From: the human T2T-CHM13v2.0 reference genome, Homo sapiens
Direction: 5' to 3' (one strand)
DNA length: 64,000 bases
Assembly (NCBI RefSeq): GCF_009914755.1
Contig: NC_060928.1
Part shown: positions 17,108 through 28,640 of the stretch, in pieces
Position numbering within the stretch: position 1 is the first letter of the stretch
Layout of the letters: every line of letters begins with the position of its first letter
Translations under genes and position numbers: made by a program
Notes under the pieces: model-generated
What the model was told of the DNA's origin: nothing
Database searches by the model: none
The model's input: only the letters and a program-made list of their open reading frames with translations

Positions 17108-18117
17108 GGGGATGACTCTAACTTTGTTCTTTTTGTTCAAGATTGTTTTGGCTATTTAGGGCCTTTTGTGGTTCTATACTAATTTAAGGATTTTTTTAAA
17201 ATTCCTGTTAAAAATGACATTGGAATATTAATAGGGATTATAATGATCTGTAGATCACTTTGGGTAGTATGTACATTTTCACAGTATTAATTTTTTCCAT
17301 CCATGAACATTGGATACTTTTCCATTTATTTGTATCTTCTTCAATTTCTTTCATTAGTGTTTTATATTTTTCAATATGCAAGCCTTATACCTCCTTGGTT
17401 AAGTTTATACCTAAGTATTTAATTTTTTGTTGTTATTATAAATAAGATTATTTCATTATTTTTTCAGATGGTTCATTATTAGTATTGGAAATACTACTGA
17501 TTTTTTATGTTGATTTTTTATCCTGCAAATTTACTGAATTCATTTATAAGTTCTACCAGTTTTTTATATACTCTTTGGGATTTTCTATATGTAAGACCAT
17601 GCTGTCAGCAAGTAGAGACAATTTCACTTCTTCCTTTCTTATTAGGATTCCTTTTCTTTCTCTTGACTAATTTTTCTGGCTAGGACATTCAACAGTATGT
17701 TGAAAAGAAGTGGTGAGAGTGGGCATGCTTGTCTTGTTCCTGATCTTAGAGGAAAACTTTTCAACCTTTCACCATTGAGAATGATGTTAGTTATGGGTTT
17801 GTCATACATGACCTTCATTGTGTTGAGGTATATTGCCTCTATATCTAAACTGTTGAGATATTTTTTTTCATGAAAGGACATTAAATGTTTTCAAATGCAT
17901 TTTCTGCATCTTTTGAGATAATTATTTGATTTTTATCCTTCCTTTAATTGATGTGGTGTATGGCATTTCTTGATTTGTGTATGTTGAATCATCCTTGCAT
18001 CCAATGGATAAATCCCACTTGAGCATGATGAATGATTTTGTAAATTAGTTGTTGAATTTGGTTTACTAACATTTTGTTGAGGATTTTTGCATCTATGTTT
18101 ATCAAGGATGTTGATGT

Positions 18118-18170
<53 letters not shown>

Positions 18171-18284
18171 CTTCTCTGGCTCTGTTATTGAGGTAATGTT
18201 GGTCTTGTCAAATGAGTTTGGAAATATTCTCTCCAGCTCAATTTTTTGGATGAGTTTAGAAGAACTAGAATTAGTTCTTTAAAT
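17108..18284 (-). mobile_element. L1 ORF2 (RT region), inverted 5' segment
   Basis: [42 protein letters not shown] at 17642-17881. Confidence 0.9.
18125..18169. repeat. (TG)n microsatellite, ~22 units
   Basis: Direct reading. Confidence 0.97.
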
Positions 18285-19110
18285 GATTTCAAAACATAAA
18301 GCAACTGTCATCAGAACAACAAGGTACTGCAGTAAAAACAGACACACAAAATGGAACAAAATAGAAAGCCCAGAAAGAAATAAACCCACACATTTATGGT
18401 CAATTGGTTTTTGACAGAGTTACCAAGAACATACAGCAGAGAAATGGTAGTCTCTTCAATAACTGGTGTGAGGAAAACTGGATATCCACATGAAGAAAAA
18501 TGAAAAAGTACTCTTGGTCTCTTACTACATCAAAAAATCTACTCAATATAGATTAAGACTTAAAACTGCTAAGCTTCACAACATTGGTCAAGTTTTTGGA
18601 TATAACTCCAAATACATAGGCAACAATAGCAAAAATAGACAAATGAGATGCCATCAAACTAAAGAGCTTCAGTGCAGCAAAGGAAACAACAAAGAAAAAG
18701 ACAACCCACAGAATATAGAAAATATTTGTACTCCACAAATCTGATAAGGTATTAATATTCAAAATAAAAGCAACCATAACAATAGCAAGAAAATAAACAA
18801 CCCAATTAAAAAATGGGCAGAGGAGCTAAACTGACAGTTCTCAAAAGATATATAAATGGAAAACAGGTACAATTTAAAAAGTGCTCAAGATCACTAATCA
18901 TGAAGGAAATGCAAACTAAAACCACAATGAGATGTTGCCTCACATCTGTTAGAATAGCATTTTTTGAAAAGATGAAAGATAACAAGTGTTGGTGAGGAGG
19001 TAGGGAAAATGGAGCTCTTATAAATTGTGTGTGGGAATGAAAATTAGTACAACCATTATGGAAAACGGTATGGAGGTTCCCCAATAAAAAAAAAAATAGA
19101 ACTACCACAA
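18283..19110 (+). mobile_element. L1 ORF2 3' segment, sense part of the inverted L1; 3'UTR and poly(A) missing
   Basis: tgatttcaaa..aacagacac..aatggaacaaaatagaaagcccagaaa; EMQTKTTMR..DNKCW. Confidence 0.88.
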
Positions 19111-19387
19111 TCCTACCTTCATCCTGCTTCCGGTTAAGTAAACTGGGCCTCTACTTATGTCGTATCTATCCTTTCTGAAATTTTAGGCTAATTGCATATC
19201 TGTGACTTTAGCTCCCTGGTAAGTTCAAGAAAAACTATGATTTTGTATAATATCTAGAATTGTCTTGTTAGTGTGATGACATAGGATGCGTGGCAATGTT
19301 CTCTAGAGCTTTCTATACACTAAGCAAAAGTCAAAACATAATTTGCAAATAGTATGTTTTTTATAATGGCCATTAAGACAATAATAA

Positions 19388-19566
19388 GGCCGGGTGTGGT
19401 GGCTCACACCTGTAATCCCAGCACTTTGGGAGGCCAAGGCAGACAGATCATGAATTCAGGAGTTCAAGACCAGCCTGTCTCTACTAAAAATACAAAAAAT
19501 TAGCCAGGCATCATGGCAAGCACCTGTAATCTCAGCTACTTGGGAGGCTAAGGCGGGAGAATCACT
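19388..19566 (+). mobile_element. 3'-truncated AluS with internal deletion
   Basis: Starts ggccgggtgtggtggctc; accagcctg|tctctacta deletion; ends at gagaatcact. Confidence 0.92.
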
Positions 19567-19997
19567 AATAATAAATATCATGTTTAATTTTAAATCATTA
19601 AATTCTCAGAGTACAGGTCAAACCTTATTTAAAAAGATAGAATCTAAGGCCAGTGTAAATTTCAAAATCATCTATATTATATATTATTGTAGAAATATTG
19701 TTATGACTAAAAATAGTTGACAGGTTTGGGTACTATAAAAAGACAGATTTTAATTACTTTATTTCTGAAAAAAATATTTTAATTAGAAGGAGAATTTATG
19801 TTAAATAAAGTTTAAAAGAGAAGTATAATCAATAAACTTTGCTTCCCATACCCTCATTGATTGTGGGTGAACTTCAAGAATATTTTTGAATTACAGTTCA
19901 CACTAAAGAAGGATGACTTAGATTTTCTTCCGCCACTTAGTGAACTTTGACAATATTTCTTCTGTACTTACTTCTTTGTCAATAGCATGTCTAGGAC

Positions 19998-20165
19998 ATT
20001 TCTGTCGAAAAGGTGGTCCTCAGAATATCAGTATGACTTCAGCTGGGAGCTTATTAGAAATATTGAATCTCAGGCTTCATTTCAGACCTGTATCACAATC
20101 TATATTTTAATAAGGTTCTTAGTTGATCTATATATACATAAGCTTTTAATATTTGACCAGTGCTT
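19998..20165. mobile_element. MER5A-like hAT DNA transposon relic
   Basis: gtggtcctcag..ctgggagcttattagaaat..aatctcaggc..cagacctg..ttttaataag. Confidence 0.7.
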
Positions 20166-20561
20166 TACTTGACCCTCAGTTTACTTTAATCACTGGTCAT
20201 ATATTAAAAGCTAATGTATGTCACAAGTGATATGGCCATAATGAAATGTTTGATGAGTGACAACAACTTAGAAGGCACAGAGTCTTTTAGTTTTTTAAAC
20301 TCAATGTGACCCAGCACAGCAAAGTACACCTTTCCACTGATAACACCTTCTTAACAAAAGTTTCTCAGAAAAAAGGAAGAAAAAGAAAACAGATTTTCTG
20401 AATTCAATAAATGAATTTGCTTCCTCTGAGTTGAATGACTCATGATGTTCTATCAAAGGTAGCCACAGAGATATATTATCGAGTATGTATGTAAGAGATA
20501 TAGGACAACAATGGCAAGTCCTTGTCAAAAACTCAAATTGCTTCATCATTTTTTTCTTTTA

Positions 20562-20874
<313 letters not shown>

Positions 20875-21235
20875 TTACTATAAAAATATTCAAGCATGCA
20901 AATTAAGTACAATAATCATGAAAGAATATCACCAATACCTAATTGAAGATATAAAATAATGAGTAAAAATATGTTATATTTATTTAGTATGCTTGCATGC
21001 ATTGAAAAGTACAATTAACAATGTTTTTCATTTATTATATTGTAAATCGTGATGGCTTGGTGTGGAATTAAAAATTACATAGACTCACTAAATTATGTTT
21101 TAGATTGAATTGTCTTTTACTTTTCTCTGGAACAGTTTATATGTATGTGTGTGTGTGTGCATGTGTAGTGTTTTAAAATTATATATACAGTTTGTTAAAT
21201 ATGTAAAATGTTATACTTTGTATTTATATACATAT

Positions 21236-21304
21236 ATACACACACATACTATACACACACACGCACACACACACACACTATAAATATTCTCATTCACACA
21301 CACA
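21236..21304. repeat. Imperfect (CA)n/(TA)n repeat
   Basis: Direct reading. Confidence 0.85.
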
Positions 21305-21649
21305 GTATATATATTCTGAGTCTCCAGAGAACCCAGGCTTATCCAGGGATACACTCCCAATTAAAGTATGCACTATCAGAAGTATCACTGCCTGCAAAAG
21401 GCAATGCCAAATAACGTATTTCTGTCTTCGCATAGGCACTGGAATTTGCAACCACAATTCTATCTTTAGACATGTTTGGATTTGAATTAACAAAACATAG
21501 GCGGTCTGGGAAATTAATGAATTTTATTAAAAGTGTTTATGATTTGACAGTATCCCTAAGCAACTAAGAGATACGCAAGAAATTCCTCTTTAGAGGTAAT
21601 TACATCCAGGCCTTAAAGACGCCTTTGATGCAGATTCACACAACACCAA

Positions 21650-22870
21650 TCCATGCAAAATAAAAGAGAAAAACCCATATGTTTGATATGATAAAAGGGA
21701 CAGAACCAAGGTGATACAGTGGGTACAGGACAGCATTTTCAACTAAGAGGGGTGGAACAGATGCTTACATACACAACTAAAAATAGAAACTCAATCCTTG
21801 ACCCTTACTTTGAAGCATATATAGTAATAAACTCCAAATGGATCCTAGACCAAAACTTAAAATCTTAAACTGTAAAATGTCTACAATAAAAGGTAGGGTA
21901 AAATTTTTGTGACCTTATATAAAGCAAGAATTTGGGGGATTGGGCAAAAAAAGTACAAATTATTAAGAGATAAATCAACTTCAAAGCTTAAAGGAGCTCT
22001 TCAAAATGCACCACAAGAAAATTAAAAGGCAAGCCACAGATAGGAAGAAACTATTCTTAACACATTGTATTGACAAAGACTGGTATCTGGAATATATAAA
22101 TAACTATTACAACTCAATAAGATAAAAATAGTTGAATTTTTAAAAGTGTAAAATATCTGAAGTGACAGTTCAAAAAAGACTATTCATGCAGCTAATATAT
22201 ACCTTAAAAGATGTACAATATCATTATTTATCAAATAAATGCAAATTAAAATCACTATGTGATTTCACTACATATCCACTAGAGTAGGCACAATTAGAAA
22301 GACAAAAAATACTCAGTGATGGCAGGGATCCAGAGTAACTGGGACTACGATACTTTGATAATTGTAATGTAAAATGACATTGTCAGTTTGAAAAGCATTT
22401 TGGAAGTTTCTCAGGAAATTTAAAATGTACTTATTTCATCACCCAACAGGTCCATTCCCACATATTTGCCCAAGAAAAATAAAAACATATATTAACTCAA
22501 AGATCTACAACAGCTTTTATAGCAGTTAGCAAGAATGTACATGTCCATTAACTAACGAATGGTCCAACAAATATTCCTGAAACGGAATACTACTCTGAGA
22601 TACAAAGAAACCTATTATTGATACTTGCAACAACATAGACAGACTTGAAAATCATCATGCTGAATAAAAACAATGCAGACACAAATGAACATATAGCTAT
22701 TACCCATTTATATTAAACTCAAGAGAAGACGAGCCAAGCAGAATAGTGGTGGCCTTAGGTGAGGTATGAAGGTCACTGCAGATGGGAGCAAGGGAAATTT
22801 GAGATGATAAATATTTTATATCTTAATTGTGGTTGTATTTACAAAAGTGTATATATTTGTTAAAACAATT
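21650..22870 (+). mobile_element. Old L1M (MC/ME-like) 3' portion
   Basis: aatgcaaattaaaatcactatgtgatttcactacatatccactaga; aacggaatactactc; 3'UTR ttttatatcttaattgtggttg. Confidence 0.75.
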
Positions 22871-23699
22871 TATTTTGTCATTTTGATTATTTTCCACCAC
22901 ATTATTTTTTAAAATGAGTATTAATTTTAAATATCAGATTACACTCAATTTAAAGGAAAAAAGTCGTAAAATACATTTGAAAAGTGTCAAGAATGCAAAA
23001 ATATGAACAAAAAGGAAAAAAGTATATTAAGACAATGATAAGAACAAAGGTGAAAAAACTTCCAGGAAAAGAAATTGGAAAAAACAAATATGGGCTATTA
23101 AATCTCTGAAGCGTTAGTGACTAAAAATCGATGGAAGATATAAACCCTTAGACACAAGAAGAACACATTTCAAACAGGATATAAATCTAAAGTATACTCG
23201 AACATATTGAAAAAAATCTGTGGAATGTCAGAGACTAACAGAATATCTTAAAAACATCAATAGACAATAAGAGAGAACCTTCCGGTAAAAAAATAAGAAA
23301 ACAGTGAAAAACGTTATAGAAGTTATTCTCAGCACCATCTTAACAGCAACAATGAATATTTTGGCATTTTATCTCCTTTATTATAATATAAATTCTAAAC
23401 CTCAAGAAAGTACATTTCGGGCTTGGAAGTATTAATAAAAATAGACGAACAGAGAGAAGAAAGCTAAATTTAAATAAAAGAAACATGTCGTTTTCCCAAA
23501 TTGAATCAGCTCTGGCAAGATTGCATAGTATAGTTTTAAAAAAAACTTTACATCTCGGGTCAGAAAACATATGTACGAATAACTATGTTGATGGAAAATA
23601 ACTTGGCATACCCTGCCAAATCAACTCCTCTGGCTCTATCGAAGAACGCAGAGAGTTACAGAGTATTTAGAAAAATGGGGTTGTATATCTCTGCCAGTA

Positions 23700-24120
23700 C
23701 AAACCTCAGCTAATCCATGACAAAAATAAATACATTGCTTTTCCTCTCAAACTTGCTTCTCCCCTCAGTGATATACTTTTCAAAACAACACAACTGTTCA
23801 TTTAGTTAATCAAGCAAGAAGATTATGAAACTTACTGATTTTTCCTGACCCTCATCTGCCTTTATTCAATCGGTTAATTGCTGCTGTATCTACCTGTGTA
23901 ATGGGGCTCAAACTGTTTTTTCTTTGTTTTTCCTCTCCATTCCCATTTACATTGCTTTATTTGACATTTTGGCCTATTTCAATTAGCAATAAATATTAAT
24001 TTATAACTTAATTTTTACCATAATAAATCCTTATTGTACTTTCAAAATGAGTTTTCTGAATGAAAATATGATCATTTAACTCACCCACATAAAATATATT
24101 ATGGCCTTATACTATGTGCA
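23700..24120 (+). mobile_element. L2 fragment
   Basis: ctcaaacttgcttctcccctcagt..gttaatcaagcaagaa; aaaatatgatcatttaactc. Confidence 0.45.
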
Positions 24121-24569
24121 AAATAGAATTAAAATTTGTATTATATTTGATCATATTCACTTATGTTTAAATTGCTTTAATTACTGATATACTGGGGTCT
24201 GGTTTCTCCCATTTTGGAGCTTGTTCATTGTCCTTTAGAGCATTAGATTTACTTATTGTGATTTTTACTGGAGAGTGCATTTTTTGTTTTTGTCAGATTT
24301 ACAATGAAGTTTAAAACATATCAATAAAATTAAGAGAGTAGAAAGACATATAAGTCTTAAATATATGATCTTGAAGATTTATTTTAAATATAGGTCTTAA
24401 ATATATATATAACTTTTTCAAATCATGCAGAAATTCTTGGTCATGTGAACACATTTGTATGGCCATTGTCAGGGTAGGACTCTTTCAAGTGAAGTTCTCT
24501 TTTCAGCTTTCCCTTACCCATCTCTGCCTGGGATGGGTACTAAGACTCCTAAAAATAGAGCCAGTCGAG

Positions 24570-24807
24570 TATAATGCTTAGAAGATGTGTTTCTGGAAGG
24601 ACACTGTCAGTGTTCGAATGTGCCATTTATTAGCTGTGTGACTTTCACTGAGTTACTGAAACTTTGTGTTTATAGTTCTTATACTTGTATCAATAACAGC
24701 ACCAAATCCATAAGGTGGTTTGAAGGATAAGTGAGTGAACACATGTAAAACAATTAGAATGGTGCCTAGAATATAGCAACTGCTCAATAAATGTTAATTA
24801 TCATCAC
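24570..24807 (+). mobile_element. MIR
   Basis: gccatttattagctgtgtgacttt...gtaaaacaattagaatggtgcctag...gctcaataaatgttaattat. Confidence 0.85.
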
Positions 24808-24869
24808 GATTATAACTTAAAATGTTATACATAACAAATTGATCAATCTCTTGGTATGGGTAAGAAAAG

Positions 24870-25860
24870 TGCATTTTTCAAGACTTAAATGGACCCAAAC
24901 ATTTACATCCTACAAACCTGCTGCAGGCAAGTAGTAAGGATATGTTGCAGCCATGGAAGGAATAAATTAAGAAAAGGGAAGACTGGGGTCCCAAAAAGAG
25001 CAGTTCCATGGCAGAAATGCACCACAGAAAGGCAGGTGATTAGTTAAGAATACAAAACCACAGTGGAGCAGAAAAATTGAAGGTGAAGAGAGGGAAGTTC
25101 TAGCCAATAAAGAAGACTCAATAGGACTTCATTAGTTGGACAGTTTGTGAAAATAATTGGCTATTATAAAGCCATGTATTTCATTAAAAAAGAATCTAAA
25201 TTATTACATTAAAACAGTATATAAGACTTATTTCTAAAATGTATTGTCATGTTTCACAGTGAAAACTTTTGCATAAATATAATAAAGTAAACGCTTGACT
25301 ACATTTTCTTATCATTAGACAAAAACTAAAGATATTGCTATGCAGTGTTCAAAGAACAGAATGTAAATCATTAACCTGGAAAATACAGCATTACAATAGA
25401 GATTGCAGCTATCTAGAGGTGGAAGCAACTTAAGAGAGGAGTAATGTTTACAGTGCCTTCATAATAAGTCAAGTGATAATTAATGGAATAAATATGTTTG
25501 CCAAACTAAGAAAATTAATGCAGCAAACAGAGTAATTAAAACAGGGATATACATACGGTGGGAAGATGTTTGGGTGTAAGGTCAAATAAATGAGCAAAGT
25601 TCTCATCTATTGTGAGAGTAAAGTAATAGCTATTATCTGAAATTCATAAATTAAAGATATACGAGAAAGCGTATTAAGTATTTATGTAGTGGTAAGTGAC
25701 AGAAGAATGACCTATAAGAGTCAAGGGAGCTTGCCTGGGAAACAGTAGTAGGAATTGGTAGATGATGATAGTGGGAGGAAATGGAGCCTTTTTCTTAACA
25801 CTATTTTATTTTTCTTTTTAAAAATGTTAATATATTGCATTAATAATAACAGTAAAGGTA
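24870..25860 (+). mobile_element. HAL1-like LINE relic
   Basis: catttacatcctacaaacc..aggcaagtagtaaggatatgttgcagcc..aagaaaagggaagactggggtcc resembles HAL1. Confidence 0.5.
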
Positions 25861-28370
25861 ATATATTAAATGATAAATACATTTCATAGCATACAAAAAC
25901 ATGTTTATCCATACTAGCAATCAAATAATTACTAAATTTTAAAAATTACATGGGATTCTTATTTTCTTTCAAGTTAGACAAAAATTTTAAATTAAGGTAT
26001 AAATAAGAGGCTACAAGTGATAGGATGGGCATACAAGGCTAATGGAACTATAATTTTTAAAATTTATATTTTATAGCAAATTAGCATTAAATGTTAAATA
26101 TTTTTAAATTCCCTCTTTGTGGAAATCTGTTCTAAGTAGATAATCAGAAATTTAGATAAAAGTAGACTAAATTAGAATGCAAATATTAATAATTGAATAT
26201 TATATATTGCACCTGCAATTTTAAAATGCTTGTCTTGATTTGAAAATGAGAATTATATAAATATATTACACAATCAAGAAATTTAGATTATGCATTTAGA
26301 AAGTGAACTGCATTAATAAATTAGTTTAAAATAAGAAAAATCAAGTCTATGAACAATTTGCCAAATATTCAAAATTATCAACCCTTCCCTCTTCATAATA
26401 TTTGTAACAAAATAAATAAAATTATGTGATCATAGGCAAATTATATTTGTTTTATGTAAAGGAAGTTATTTGGGTAGATGATGTGTTTCCAGCATGTGCT
26501 CAAGGCATAGGAAATTGTTATTAATCTACTCATTGTAACTATGCAATAGACGATATAATCTCATAAGGAAAAATAATTGACTATTCTGTTCTCACAGCTA
26601 AATTCTCAGGATCCAGTAAAGTAACTCTCTCAGCAGGTGTTCATGAGCACTTGTTAAATAAATGAATTAATTAATGAAGAACTTAGAACCACTTCTTATT
26701 TTTGCTGTTGGGTTTAGAAGAGTATTTTACTGACCAGGGAAACAAAGATATGATCATTCGATGTACGCTGTACCACACCTGTGAAATCATAAGGGTCATC
26801 TATTGTATTCACAATATTCTTTGTGTGGCTGGATTTCTTGATTAAGTCACTATAGTTTTACAGGCTGAGGCAGCCATGAAAATGTTAGGATCCAAGAATT
26901 TACTGAAACCTGGATTAAGTAGATGACATTTCCACAATCCCTGGGCTGGATGGGAGTATGAGCCAAATTTTACATATATCTACATGTAGCTATAACTAGC
27001 ATAGAAGTGTCATATTGGTCTTAGTTTAAAGGTCATAAACATTTTCCTAATCTTCAGAATAGCTAAGAAATTAACATCTTCATTTTATTTTCTAAGCCAT
27101 TCAAATTCTGAACACATTTAATGTATTTATTCAGCATTTTTGGCATATTCTACTAAGACATTAGCAATTTTATGAAACTATTATATTGAGATCAGAAAAT
27201 TAGAGAAGTAGACTCAGTGGAAAATAGAACAAAGAAAATATAGAACCTGTTTAAGCAGGATTTATCTAGGAAGGCTTTGATTGTGAGATGTGACAGAAAA
27301 AACAAGATGATTAATGCACCTTATGCTAATCAGTTTTATTTGTAGTCACATATTTTATATTTACTAAATTCTCCAACTAAAATAAGTTAGAATATTAAAA
27401 TAAATATCATAAATACATTTTGTATACATAGAATATTGAGTTTCATCATGGTGCATATATATTTGAAAAGTCATAATGTCAGAACTTTATATTTATCAAA
27501 AGACTCTTTTCATAGCCTGTGAATTTTTTCTTTTCTTCTTCCAAGAGAGTTAATAAAGAGCAAGAGAAAATTCACTGCAGCTGAGAAAAGGCAAACAGCT
27601 GGTACATAAACATGATTATAGATTCATTAGATCATGAATATATATTCAAACTTACCTGCCATTCCAAGGTGAGAAAACTTTTAGTTATTGTCAAGGCCAT
27701 AGTGTTGCAATAGCTCACTGGACTTGAGACTGCTTAAAATATTATAAGTAAGACATCTAAGGCAATCTTATGGGGAAGAGGGAAACAAATGTAGCTGAAG
27801 CCAAGAAGAAAATAGAGCCACCCATATGGCTCTGTGAAACCACTGCCAATAAAATATATTCTCAGCAAATATAATTGCCTTTATTATAGGGGTTGACTAT
27901 AATTCTAAGTACTATGAAAACAACTCTCCTTTGTCTAGAAGTAGTCTAAGAAAACACTACTCTTTCCCTGGTCCAATATTAAGCCCACACCCATAGACCT
28001 TATGTATCATATGTAGTGATAAGATCTGAAGAAAAAGAAGCATGTTTGAGTGAACTGATGACAAAAATGACTAAATATGTACTTAAACGCCTATAGTCTT
28101 TGAAAAATGGAGGAGAAATGATAATTTCACACATTTTGCATATAAATTCTGTATGCTGCAAGAAAAACATTCTTAAATCAGTAACTAAATTGGTTATACA
28201 GTGTGTCCAGAGATTAATAGAGGACTTTTTTTAAATGAAAACTCGAATTAGTGGCAGTTGCAAGCAACAGCTGAGATTACCTTTGAGAAATTTATAAAGC
28301 AAATTTCTTCAGAAATTATTTCTTCTTACTTTTCAGTGTTTAAGAATCAAAATCATAAAAGAGGTTCCGT

Positions 28371-28401
28371 ATTTGCATTTTAACATTTGCATAATGCAAA
28401 T
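28371..28401. promoter_or_regulatory. Cluster of three perfect POU octamer motifs
   Basis: ATTTGCAT 28371-28378, ATTTGCAT 28385-28392, ATGCAAAT 28394-28401; function is inference only. Confidence 0.4.
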
Positions 28402-28469
28402 ACCTAACAATTTCATGGATTCTAGAAAAATATTATTAAAAAATACCATGTAATATTTTTGGATGAAAC

Positions 28470-28525
28470 TGGCTCTGCCTATAAGTTTAACTGATGATGG
28501 CTCTGCCTATAAGTTTAACTGATGA
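28470..28525. repeat. Perfect 28-bp tandem duplication
   Basis: tggctctgcctataagtttaactgatga x2. Confidence 0.97.
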
Positions 28526-28640
28526 ACCTGGTTTCAATTCAAGCAAATCTGAAAATGTTGCATCTTTTCTTAATTATTTGTTCTACTATCATTCCACATT
28601 TTCATTTTATTCTTAAAAATATACAAAATAGATAGATTCA

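Noticed and set aside
23638-23652. gaagaacgcag resembling 5.8S rRNA
   Set aside because: Only 11 nt match and the flanks are unrelated.
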